A program made the position numbers and the translations under genes. The notes under the pieces were generated by a model, which ran no database searches, had not been told where the DNA came from, and saw only the letters and a program-made list of their open reading frames with translations. 64,000 bases of DNA from Eledone cirrhosa (Eukaryota). Of the stretch, positions 35,701 through 47,700 are shown in pieces. The stretch is from assembly GCA_964016885.1 (NCBI GenBank), contig OZ024741.1:406596001-406660000 (forward strand). The letters run 5' to 3'. Each line of letters starts with the position of its first letter. Within the stretch, counting starts at the first letter, position 1.

Positions 35701-38700
35701 GTTGGCTGTATGTGTGTTGTCTGTTGGCTGTGTGTGTTGTCTGTTGGCTGTGTGTGTTATCTGTTGGCTGTGTGTGTGTTGTCTGTTGGCTGTATGTGTG
35801 TTGTCTGTTGGCTGTGTGTGTTGTCTGTTGGCTGTGTGTGTTGTCTGTTGGCTGTGTGTGTGTTGTCTGTTGGCTGTATGTGTGTTGTCCGTTGGCTGTG
35901 TGTGTGTTGTCTGTTGGCTATGTGTGTGTTGTCTGTTGGCTGTGTGTGTGTTGTCTGTTGGCTGTGTGTGTGTTGTCTGTTGGCTGTGTGTGTGTTGTCT
36001 GTTGGCTGTGTGTGTGTTGTCTGTTGGCTATATGTGTGTTGTCTGTTGGCTGTGTGTGTGTTGTCTGTTGGCTGTGTGTATGTTGTCTGTTGGCTGTAGG
36101 TGTGTTGTCTGTTGGCTGTGTGTGTGTTGTCTGTTGGCTGTTTGTGTGTTGTCTGTTGGCTATATGTGTGTTGTCTGTTGGCTGTGTGTGTGTTGTCTGT
36201 TGGCTGTGTGTGTGTTGTCTGTTGGCTATATGTGTGTTGTCTGTTGGCTGTGTGTGTGTTGTCTGTTGGCTGTGTGTGTGTTGTCTGTTGGCTGTGTGTG
36301 TGTTGTCTGTTGGCTGTGTGTGTGTTGTCTGTTGGCTGTGTGTGTGTTGTCTGTTGGCTATATGTGTGTTGTCTGTTGGCTGTGTGTGTGTTGTATGTTG
36401 GCTGTGTGTGTGTTGTCTGTTGGCTGTGTGTGTGTTGTCTGTTGGCTGTGTGTGTGTTGTCTGTTGGCTATATGTGTGTTGTCTGTTGGCTGTATGTGTG
36501 TTGTCTGTTGGCTGTGTGTGTGTTGTCTGTTGGCTGTGTGTGTGTTGGCTATATGTGTGTTGTCTGTTGGCTATGTGTGTGTTGTCTGTTGGCTGTGTGT
36601 GTGTTGTCTGTTGGCTGTGTGTGTGTTGTCTGTTGGCTGTATGTGTGTTGTCTGTTGGATATATGTGTGTTGTCTGTTGGCTGTGTGTGTTGTCTGTTGG
36701 CTGTGTGTGTTGTCTGTTGGCTGTGTCTGTGTTGTCTGTTGGCTGTATGTGTGTTGTCTGTTGGCTGTGTGTGTGTTGTCTGTTCGCTGTGTGTGTGTTG
36801 GCTATATGTGTGTTGTCTGTTGGCTGTGTGTATGTTGTCTGTTGGCTGTGTGTGTTGTCTGTTGGCTGTGTGTGTTGTCTGTTGGCTGTGTGTGTGTTGT
36901 CTGTTGGCTGTATCTGTGTTGTCTGTTGGCTATATGTGTGTTGTCTCTTGGCTGTGTGTGTTGTCTGTTGGCTGTGTGTGTGTTGTCTGTTGGCTGTATC
37001 TGTGTTGTCTGTTGGCTATATGTGTGTTGTCTGTTGGCTGTGTGTGTGTTGTCTGTTGGCTGTGTGTGTGTTGTCTGTTGGCTATATGTGTGTTGTCTGT
37101 TGGCTGTGTGTGTGTTGTCTGTTGGCTGTATGTGTGTTGTCTGTTGGCTGTATGTGTGTTGTCAGTTGGCTGTGTGTGTGTTGTCTGTTGGCTGTGTGTG
37201 TGTTGTCTGTTGGCTGTGTGTGTGTTGTCTGTTGGCTGTATGTGTGTTGTCTGTTGGCTGTGTGTGTGTTGTCTGTTGGCTGTGTGTGTGTTATCTGTTG
37301 GCTGTATGTGTGTTGTCTGTTGGCTGAGTGTGTGTTGTCTGTTGGCTGTATGTGTGTTGTCTGTTGGCTGTGTGTGTGTTGTCTGTTGGCTGTATGTGTG
37401 TTGTCTGTTGGCTGTGTGTATGTTGTCTGTTGGCTGTGTGTGTGTTGTCTGTTGGCTGTGTGTGTGTTGTCTGTTGGCTGTGTGTGTGTTGTCTGTTGGC
37501 TGTATGTGTGTTGTCTGTTGGCTGTGTGTGTGTTGTCTGTTGGCTGTGTGTGTGTTATCTGTTGGCTGTATGTGTGTTGTCTGTTGGCTGAGTGTCTGTT
37601 GTCTGTTGGCTGTATGTGTGTTGTCTGTTGGCTGTATGTGTGTTGTCTGTTGGCTGTGTGTGTGTTGTCTAATGGCTGTGTGTGTGTTGTCTGTTGGCTG
37701 TATGTGTGTTGTCTGTTGGCTGTGTGTGTTGTCTGTTGGCTCTGTGTGTTGTCTGTTGGCTATGTGTGTGTTGTCTGTTGGCTGTATGTGTGTTGTCTGT
37801 TGGCTGTGTGTGTTGTCTGTTGGCTGTGTGTGTTATCTGTCGGCTGTGTGTGTGTTGTCTGTTGGCTGTATGTGTGTTGTCTGTTGGCTGTGTGTGTTGT
37901 CTGTTGGCTGTGTGTGTTATCTGTTGGCTGTGTGTGTGTTGTCTGTTGGCTGTATGTGTGTTGTCTGTTGGCTGTGTGTGTTGTCTGTTGGCTGTGTGTG
38001 TTGTCTGTTGGCTGTGTGTGTGTTGTCTGTTGGCTGTATGTGTGTTGTCCGTTGGCTGTGTGTGTGTTGTCTGTTGGCTATGTGTGTGTTGTCTGTTGGC
38101 TGTGTGTGTGTTGTCTGTTGGCTGTGTGTGTGTTGTCTGTTGGCGGTGTGTGTGTTGTCTGTTGGCTGTGTGTGTGTTGTCTGTTGGCTATATGTGTGTT
38201 GTCTGTTGGCTGTGTGTGTGTTGTCTGTTGGCTGTGTGTATGTTGTCTGTTGGCTGTAGGTGTGTTGTCTGTTGGCTGTGTGTGTGTTGTCTGTTGGCTG
38301 TTTGTGTGTTGTCTGTTGGCTATATGTGTGTTGTCTGTTGGCTGTGTGTGTGTTGTCTGTTGGCTGTGTGTGTGTTGTCTGTTGGCTATATGTGTGTTGT
38401 CTGTTGGCTGTGTGTGTGTTGTCTGTTGGCTATGTGTGTGTTGTCTGTTGGCTGTGTGTGTGTTGTCTGTTGGCTGTGTGTGTGTTGTCTGTTGGCTGTG
38501 TGTGTGTTGTCTGTTGGCTATATGTGTGTTGTCTGTTGGCTGTGTGTGTGTTGTATGTTGGCTGTGTGTGTGTTGTCTGTTGGCTGTGTGTGTGTTGTCT
38601 GTTGGCTGTGTGTGTGTTGTCTGTTGGCTATATGTGTGTTGTCTGTTGGCTGTATGTGTGTTGTCTGTTGGCTGTGTGTGTGTTGTCTGTTGGCTGTGTG

Positions 38701-41700
38701 TGTGTTGGCTATATGTGTGTTGTCTGTTGGCTATGTGTGTGTTGTCTGTTGGCTGTGTGTGTGTTGTCTGTTGGCTGTGTGTGTGTTGTCTGTTGGCTGT
38801 ATGTGTGTTGTCTGTTGGATATATGTGTGTTGTCTGTTGGCTGTGTGTGTTGTCTGTTGGCTGTGTGTGTTGTCTGTTGGCTGTGTCTGTGTTGTCTGTT
38901 GGCTGTATGTGTGTTGTCTGTTGGCTGTGTGTGTGTTGTCTGTTCGCTGTGTGTGTGTTGGCTATATGTGTGTTGTCTGTTGGCTGTGTGTATGTTGTCT
39001 GTTGGCTGTGTGTGTTGTCTGTTGGCTGTGTGTGTTGTCTGTTGGCTGTGTGTGTGTTGTCTGTTGGCTGTATCTGTGTTGTCTGTTGGCTATATGTGTG
39101 TTGTCTGTTGGCTGTGTGTGTTGTCTGTTGGCTGTGTGTGTGTTGTCTGTTGGCTGTATCTGTGTTGTCTGTTGGCTATATGTGTGTTGTCTGTTGGCTG
39201 TGTGTGTGTTGTCTGTTGGCTGTGTGTGTGTTGTCTGTTGGCTGTATGTGTGTTGTCTGTTGGCTATATGTGTGTTGTCTGTTGGCTGTGTGTGTTGTCT
39301 GTTGGCTGTGTGTGTTGTCTGTTGGCTGTGTGTGTGTTGTCTGTTGGCTGTGTGTGTGTTGTCTGTGTGTGTGTTGTCTGTTGGCTGTGTGTGTGTTGTC
39401 TGTTGGCTGTATGTGTGTTGTCTGTTGGCTGTATGTGTGTTGTCTGTTGGCTGTATGTGTGTTGTCTGTTGGCTGTATGTGTGTTGTCTGTTGGCTGTGT
39501 GTGTTGTCTGTTGGCTGTATGTGTGTTGTCTGTTGGCTGTGTGTGTTGTCTGTTGGCTGTATGTGTGTTGTCTGTTGGCTGTGTGTGTGTTGTCTGTTGG
39601 CTGTATGTGTGTTGTCTGTTGGCTGTGGGTGTGTTGTCTGTTGGCTGTATGTGTGTTGTCTGTTGGCTGTGTGTGTGTTGTCTGTTGGCTGTGTGTGTGT
39701 TGTCTGTGTGTGTGTTGTCTGTTGGCTGTGTGTGTGTTGTCTGTTGGCTGTGTGTGTTGTCTGTTGGCTGTGTGTGTTGTCTGTTGGCTGTGTGTGTGTT
39801 GTCTGTTGGCTGTATGTGTGTTGTCTGTTGGCTGTGTGTGTGTTGTCTGTTGGCTGTGTGTGTGTTGTCTGTTGGCTGTATGTGTGTTGTCTGTTGGCTG
39901 TGTGTGTGTTGTCTGTGTGTGTGTTGTCTGTTGGCTGTGTGTGTGTTGTCTGTTGGCTGTATGTGTGTTGTCTGTTGGCTGTGTGTGTGTTGTCTGTTGG
40001 CTGTATGTGTGTTGTATGTTGGCTGTGGGTGTGTTGTCTGTTGGCTGTATGTGTGTTGTCTGTTGGCTGTGTGTGTGTTGTCTGTTGGCTGTGTGTGTAT
40101 TGTCTGTATGTGTGTTGTCTGTTGGCTGTATGTGTGTTGTCTGTTGGCTGTGTGTGTTGTCTGTTGGCTGTGTGTGTTGTCTGTTGGCTGTGTGTGTGTT
40201 GTCTGTTGGCTGTATGTGTGTTGTCTGTTGGCTGTGTGTGTGTTGTCTGTTGGCTGTGTGTGTTTTGTCTGTTGGCTGTATGTGTGTTGTCTGTTGGCTG
40301 TGTGTGTGTTGTCTGTGTGTGTGTTGTCTGTTGGCTGTGTGTGTGTTGTCTGTTGGCTGTATGTGTGTTGTCTGTTGGCTGTGTGTGTGTTGTCTGTTGG
40401 CTGTATGTGTGTTGTATGTTGGCTGTGGGTGTGTTGTCTGTTGGCTGTATGTGTGTTGTCTGTTGGCTGTGTGTGTGTTGTCTGTTGGCTGTGTGTGTGT
40501 TGTCTGTGTGTGTGTTGTCTGTTGGCTGTGTGTGTGTTGTTTGTTGGCTCTGTGTGTGTTGTCTGTTGGCTGTGTGTGTGTTGTCTGTTGGCTGTGTGTT
40601 TGTTGTCTGTTGGCTGTATGTGTGTTGTCTGTTGGCTGTGTGTGTGTTGTCTGTGTATGTGTTGTCTGTTGGCTGTGTGTGTGTTGTCTGTTGGCTGTAT
40701 GTGTGTTGTCTGTTGGCTGTGTGTGTGTTGTCTGTTGGCTGTGTGTGTGTTGTCTGTTGGCTGTGTGTGTGTTGTCTGTTGGCTGTGTGTGTGTTGTCTG
40801 TTGGCTGTGTGTATGTTGTCTGTTGGCTGTATGTGTGTTGTCTGTTGGCTGTGTGTGTGTTGTCTGTTGGCTATGTGTGTGTTGTCTGTTGGCTGTGTGT
40901 GTGTTGTCTGTTGGCTGTGTGTGTGTTGTCTGTTGGCTGTGTGTGTGTTGTCTGTTGGCTGTGTGTGTGTTGTCTGTTGGCTATATGTGTGTTGTCTGTT
41001 GGCTGTGTGCGTGTTGTCTGTTGGCTGTGTGTATGTTGTCTGTTGGCTGTATGTGTGTTGTCTGTTGGCTGTGTGTGTGTTGGCTGTGTGTGTGTTGTCT
41101 GTTGGCTATATGTGTGTTGTCTGTTGGCTGTGTGTGTGTTGTCTGTTGGCTGTGTGTGTGTTGTCTGTTGGCTATATGTGTGTTGTCTATTGGCTGTGTG
41201 TGTGTTGTCTGTTGGCTGTGTGTGTGTTGTCTGTTGGCTGTGTGTGTGTTGTCTGTTGGCTGTGTGTGTGTTGTCTGTTGGCTGTGTGTGTGTTGTCTGT
41301 TGGCTGTGTGTGTGTTGTCTGTTGGCTATATGTGTGTTGTCTGTTGGCTGTGTGTGTGTTGTCTGTTGGCAGTGTGTGTGTTGTCTGTTGGCTGTGCGTG
41401 TGTTGTCTGTTGGCTGTGTGTGTGTTGTCTGTTGGCTATATGTGTGTTGTCTGTTGGCTGTGTGTGTGTTGTCTGTTGGCTGTGTGTATGTTGTCTGTTG
41501 GCTGTATGTGTGTTGTCTGTTGGCTGTGTGTGTGTTGTCTGTTGGCTGTGTGTGTGTGTGTTGTTTGTTGGCTATATGTGTGTTGTCTGTTGGCTGTGTG
41601 TGTGTTGTCTGTTGGCTGTGTGTGTTGCTGTTGGCTATATGTGTGTTGTCTGTTGGCTGTGTGTGTGTTGTCTGTTGGCTATATGTGTGTTGTCTGTTGG

Positions 41701-44700
41701 CTGTATGTGTGTTGTCTGTTGGCTGTGTGTGTGTTGTCTGTTGGCTGTGTGTGTGTTGGCTATATGTGTGTTGTCTGTTGGCTATGTGTGTGTTGTCTGT
41801 TGGCTGTGTGTGTGTTGTCTGTTGGCTGTGTGTGTGTTGTCTGTTGGCTGTATGTGTGTTGTCTGTTGGATATATGTGTGTTGTCTGTTGGCTGTGTGTG
41901 TTGTCTGTTGGCTGTGTGTGTTGTCTGTTGGCTGTGTCTGTGTTGTCTGTTGGCTGTATGTGTGTTGTCTGTTGGCTGTGTGTGTGTTGTCTGTTCGCTG
42001 TGTGTGTGTTGGCTATATGTGTGTTGTCTGTTGGCTGTGTGTATGTTGTCTGTTGGCTGTGTGTGTTGTCTGTTGGCTGTGTGTGTTGTCTGTTGGCTGT
42101 GTGTGTGTTGTCTGTTGGCTGTATCTGTGTTGTCTGTTGGCTATATGTGTGTTGTCTGTTGGCTGTGTGTGTTGTCTGTTGGCTGTGTGTGTGTTGTCTG
42201 TTGGCTGTATCTGTGTTGTCTGTTGGCTATATGTGTGTTGTCTGTTGGCTGTGTGTGTGTTGTCTGTTGGCTGTGTGTGTGTTGTCTGTTGGCTGTATGT
42301 GTGTTGTCTGTTGGCTATATGTGTGTTGTCTGTTGGCTGTGTGTGTTGTCTGTTGGCTGTGTGTGTTGTCTGTTGGCTGTGTGTGTGTTGTCTGTTGTCT
42401 GTGTGTGTGTTGTCTGTGTGTGTGTTGTCTGTTGGCTGTGTGTGTGTTGTCTGTTGGCTGTATGTGTGTTGTCTGTTGGCTGTATGTGTGTTGTCTGTTG
42501 GCTGTATGTGTGTTGTCTGTTGGCTGTATGTGTGTTGTCTGTTGGCTGTGTGTGTTGTCTGTTGGCTGTATGTGTGTTGTCTGTTGGCTGTGTGTGTTGT
42601 CTGTTGGCTGTATGTGTGTTGTCTGTTGGCTGTGTGTGTGTTGTCTGTTGGCTGTATGTGTGTTGTCTGTTGGCTGTGGGTGTGTTGTCTGTTGGCTGTA
42701 TGTGTGTTGTCTGTTGGCTGTGTGTGTGTTGTCTGTTGGCTGTGTGTGTGTTGTCTGTTGGCTGTGTGTGTGTTGTCTGTTGGCTGTGTGTGTGTTGTCT
42801 GTTGGCTGTATGTGTGTTGTCTGTTGGCTGTGTGTGTGTTGTCTGTTGGCTGTGTGTGTGTTGTCTGTTGGCTGTATGTGTGTTGTCTGTTGGCTGTGTG
42901 TGTGTTGTCTGTGTGTGTGTTGTCTGTTGGCTGTGTGTGTGTTGTCTGTTGGCTGTATGTGTGTTGTCTGTTGGCTGTGTGTGTGTTGTCTGTTGGCTGT
43001 ATGTGTGTTGTATGTTGGCTGTGGGTGTGTTGTCTGTTGGCTGTATGTGTGTTGTCTGTTGGCTGTGTGTGTGTTGTCTGTTGGCTGTGTGTGTGTTGTC
43101 TGTGTGTGTGTTGTCTGTTGGCTGTGTGTGTGTTGTTTGTTGGCTGTGTGTGTGTTGTCTGTTGGCTGTGTGTGTGTTGTCTGTTGGCTGTGTGTTTGTT
43201 GTCTGTTGGCTGTGTGTGTGTTGTCTGTTGGCTGTATGTGTGTTGTCTGTTGGCTGTATGTGTGTTGTCTGTTGGCTGTGTGTGTGTTGTCTGTTGGCTG
43301 TGTGTGTGTTGTCTGTTGGCTGTGTGTGTGTTGTCTGTTGGCTGTGTGTGTGTTGTCTGTTGGCTGTGTGTATGTTGTCTGTTGGCTGTATGTGTGTTGT
43401 CTGTTGGCTGTGTGTGTGTTGTCTGTGTATGTGTTGTCTGTTGGCTGTGTGTGTGTTGTCTGTTGGCTGTATGTGTGTTGTCTGTTGGCTGTGTGTGTGT
43501 TGTCTGTGTATGTGTTGTCTGTTGGCTGTGTGTGTGTTGTCTGTTGGCTGTGTGTGTGTTGTCTGTTGGCTGTGTGTGTGTTGTCTGTTGGCTGTGTGTG
43601 TGTTGTCTGTTGGCTGTGTGTATGTTGTCTGTTGGCTGTATGTGTGTTGTCTGTTGGCTGTGTGTGTGTTGCCTGTTGGCTGTGTGTATGTTGTCTGTTG
43701 GCTGTATGTGTGTTGTCTGTTGGCTGTGTGTGTGTTGTCTGTGTATGTGTTGTCTGTTGGCTGTGTGTGTGTTGTCTGTTGGCTGTGTGTGTGTTGTCTG
43801 TTGGCTGTGTGTGTGTTGTCTGTTGGCTGTGTGTGTGTTGTCTGTTGGCTGTGTGTGTGTTGTCTGTTGGCTGTGTGTATGTTGTCTGTTGGCTGTATGT
43901 GTGTTGTCTGTTGGCTGTGTGTGTGTTGTCTGTGTATGTGTTGTCTGTTGGCTGTGTGTGTGTTGTCTGTTGGCTGTATGTGTGTTGTCTGTTGGCTGTG
44001 TGTGTGTTGTCTGTTGGCTGTGTGTGTGTTGTCTGTTGGCTGTGTGTGTGTTGTCTGTTGGCTGTGTGTGTGTTGTCTGTTGGCTATGTGTGTGTTGTCT
44101 GTTGGCTGTGTGTGTGTTGTCTGTTGGCTGTGTGTGTGTTGTCTGTTGGCTGTGTGTGTGTTGTCAGTTGGCTGTGTGTGTGTTGTCTGTTGGCTATATG
44201 TGTGTTGTCTGTTGGCTGTGTGCGTGTTGTCTGTTGGCTGTGTGTATGTTGTCTGTTGGCTGTATGTGTGTTGTCTGTTGGCTGTGTGTGTGTTGTCTGT
44301 TGGCTGTGTGTGTGTTGTCTGTTGGCTATATGTGTGTTGTCTGTTGGCTGTGTGTGTGTTGTCTGTTGGCTGTGTGTGTGTTGTCTGTTGGCTATATGTG
44401 TGTTGTCTATTGGCTGTGTGTGTGTTGTCTGTTGGCTGTGTGTGTGTTGTCTGTTGGCTGTGTGTGTGTTGTCTGTTGGCTGTGTGTGTGTTGTCTGTTG
44501 GCTGTGTGTGTGTTGTCTGTTGGCTGTGTGTGTTGTCTGTTGGCTATATGTGTGTTGTCTGTTAGCTGTGTGTGTGTTGTCTGTTGGCAGTGTGTGTGTT
44601 GTCTGTTGGCTGTGCGTGTGTTGTCTGTTGGCTGTGTGTGTGTTGTCTGTTGGCTATATGTGTGTTGTCTGTTGGCTGTGTGTGTGTTGTCTGTTGGCTG

Positions 44701-47700
44701 TGTGTATGTTGTCTGTTGGCTGTATGTGTGTTGTCTGTTGGCTGTGTGTGTGTTGTCTGTTGGCTGTGTGTGTGTGTGTTGTTTGTTGGCTATATGTGTG
44801 TTGTCTGTTGGCTGTGTGTGTGTTGTCTGTTGGCTGTGTGTGTTGCTGTTGGCTATATGTGTGTTGTCTGTTGGCTGTGTGTGTGTTGTCTGTTGGCAGT
44901 GTGTGTGTTGTCTGTTGGCTGTGCGTGTGTTGTCTGTTGGCTGTGTGTGTGTTGTCTGTTGGCTATATGTGTGTTGTCTGTTGGCTGTGTGTGTGTTGTC
45001 TGTTGGCTGTGTGTATGTTGTCTGTTGGCTGTGTGTGTGTTGTCTGTTGGCTGTGTGTGTGTTGTCTGTTGGCTGTATGTGTGTTGTCTGTTGGCTGTGT
45101 GTGTGTTGTCTGTTGGCTGTATGTGTGTTGTCTGTTGGCTGTGTGTGTGTTGTCTGTTGGTTGTGTGTGTTGTCTGTTGGCTGTATGTGTGTTGTCTGTT
45201 GGCTGTATGTCTGTTGTCTGTTGTCTGTGTGTGTGTTGTCTGTTGGCTGTGTGTGTGTTGTCTGTTGGCTGTGTGTGTGTTGTCTGTTGGCTGTGTGTGT
45301 TTTGTCTGTTGGCTGTATGTGTGTTGTCTGTTGGCTGTGTGTGTTGTCTGTTGGCTGTATGTGTGTTGTCTGTTGGCTGTGTGTGTGTTGCCTGTTGGCT
45401 GTGTGTGTGTTGTCTGTTGGCTGTGTGTGTGTTGTCTGTTGGCTGTGTGTGTGTTGTCTGTTGGCTATATGTGTGTTGTCTGTTGGCTGTGTGTGTGTTG
45501 TCTGTTGGCTGTGTGTATGTTGTCTGTTGGCTGTAGGTGTGTTGTCTGTTGGCTGTGTGTGTGTTGTCTGTTGGCTGTGTGTGTGTTGTCTGTTGGCTAT
45601 ATGTGTGTTGTCTGTTGGCTGTGTGTGTGTTGTCTGTTGGCTGTGTGTGTGTTGTCTGTTGGCTATATGTGTGTTGTCTGTTGGCTGTTTGTGTGTTGTC
45701 TGTTGGCTGTGTGTGTATTGTCTGTTGGCTGTGTGTGTGTTGTCTGTTGGCTGTGTGTGTGTTGTCTGTTGGCTATATGTGTGTTGTCTGTTGGCTGTGT
45801 GTGTGTTATATGTTGGCTGTGTGTGTGTTGTCTGTTGGCTGTGTGTGTGTTGTCTGTTGGCTGTGTGTGTGTTGTCTGTTGGCTATATGTGTGTTGTCTG
45901 TTGGCTGTGTGTGTGTTGTCTGTTGGCTGTGTGTATGTTGTCTGTTGGCTGTATGTGTGTTGTTTGTTGGCTGTGTGTGTGTTGTCTGTTGGCTGTGTGT
46001 GTGTGTGTTGTCTGTTGGCTATATGTGTGTTGTCTGTTGGCTGTGTGTGTGTTGTCTGTTGGCTGTGTGTGTGTTGTCTGTTGGCTATATGTATGTTGTC
46101 TGTTGGCTGTGTGTGTGTTGTCTGTTGGCTGTGTGTGTGTTGTCTGTTGGCTGTGTGTGTGTTGTCTCTTGGCTGTGTGTGTGTTGTCTGTTGGCTGTAT
46201 GTGTGTTGTCTGTTGGCTGTGTGTATGTTGTCTGTTGGCTGTATGTGTGTTGTCTGTTGGCTGTGTGTGTGTTGTCTGTTGGCTGTGTGTGTGTTGTCTG
46301 TTGGCTGTGTGTGTGTTGTCTGTTGGCTGTATGTGTGTTGTCTGTTGGCTGTGTGTGTGTTGTCTGTTGGCTGTATGTGTGTTGTCTGTTGGCTGTGGGT
46401 GTGTTGTCTGTTGGCTGTATGTGTGTTGTCTGTTGGCTGTGTGTGTGTTGTCTGTTGGCTGTGTGTGTGTTGTCTGTGTGTGTGTTGTCTGTTGGCTGTG
46501 TGTGTGTTGTTTGTTGGCTGTGTGTGTGTTGTCTGTTGGCTGTGTATGTGTTGTCTGTTGGCTGTGTGTTTGTTGTCTGTTGGCTGTATGTGTGTTGTCT
46601 GTTGGCTGTGTGTGTGTTGTCTGTGTATGTGTTGTCTGTTGGCTGTGTGTGTGTTGTCTGTTGGCTGTATGTGTGTTGTCTGTTGGCTGTGTGTGTGTTG
46701 TCTGTTGGCTGTGTGTGTGTTGTCTGTTGGCTGTGTGTGTGTTGTCTGTTGGCTGTGTGTGTGTTGTCTGTTGGCTGTGTGTATGTTGTCTGTTGGCTGT
46801 ATGTGTGTTGTCTGTTAGCTGTGTGTGTGTTGTCTGTTGGCTATGTGTGTGTTGTCTGTTGGCTGTGTGTGTGTTGTCTGTTGGCTGTGTGTGTGTTGTC
46901 TGTTGGCTGTGTGTGTGTTGTCTGTTGGCTGTGTGTGTGTTGTCTGTTGGCTATATGTGTGTTGTCTGTTGGCTGTGTGCGTGTTGTCTGTTGGCTGTGT
47001 GTATGTTGTCTGTTGGCTGTATGTGTGTTGTCTGTTGGCTGTGTGTGTGTTGTCTGTTGGCTGTGTGTGTGTTGTCTGTTGGCTATATGCGTGTTGTCTG
47101 TTAGCTGTGTGTGTGTTGTCTGTTGGCTGTGTGTGTGTTGTCTGTTGGCTTTATGTGTGTTGTCTGTTGACTGTGTGTGTGTTGTCTGTTGGCTGTGTGT
47201 GTGTTGTCTGTTGGCTGTGTGTGTGTTGTCTGTTGGCTGTGTGTGTGTTGTCTGTTGGCTGTGTGTGTGTTGTCTGTTGGCTGTGTGTGTGTTGTCTGTT
47301 GGCTATATGCGTGTTGTCTGTTGGCTGTGTGTGTGTTGTCTGTTAGCTGTGTGTGTGTTGTCTGTTGGCTGTGTGTGTGTTGTCTGTTGGCTGTGTGTGT
47401 GTTGTCTGTTGGCTATATGTGTGTTGTCTGTTGGCTGTGTGTGTGTTGTCTGTTGGCTGTGTGTATGTTGTCTGTTGGCTGTATGTGTGTTGTCTGTTGG
47501 CTGTGTGTGTGTTGTCTGTTGGCTGTGTGTGTGTGTGTTGTTTGTTGGCTATATGTGTGTTGTCTGTTGGCTGTGTGTGTGTTGTCTGTTGGCTGTGTGT
47601 GTTGCTGTTGGCTGCGTGTGTGTTGTCTGTTGGCTGTGTGTGTGTTGTCTGTTGGCTGTGTGTGTGTTGTCTGTTGGCTGTATGTGTGTTGTCTGTTGGC

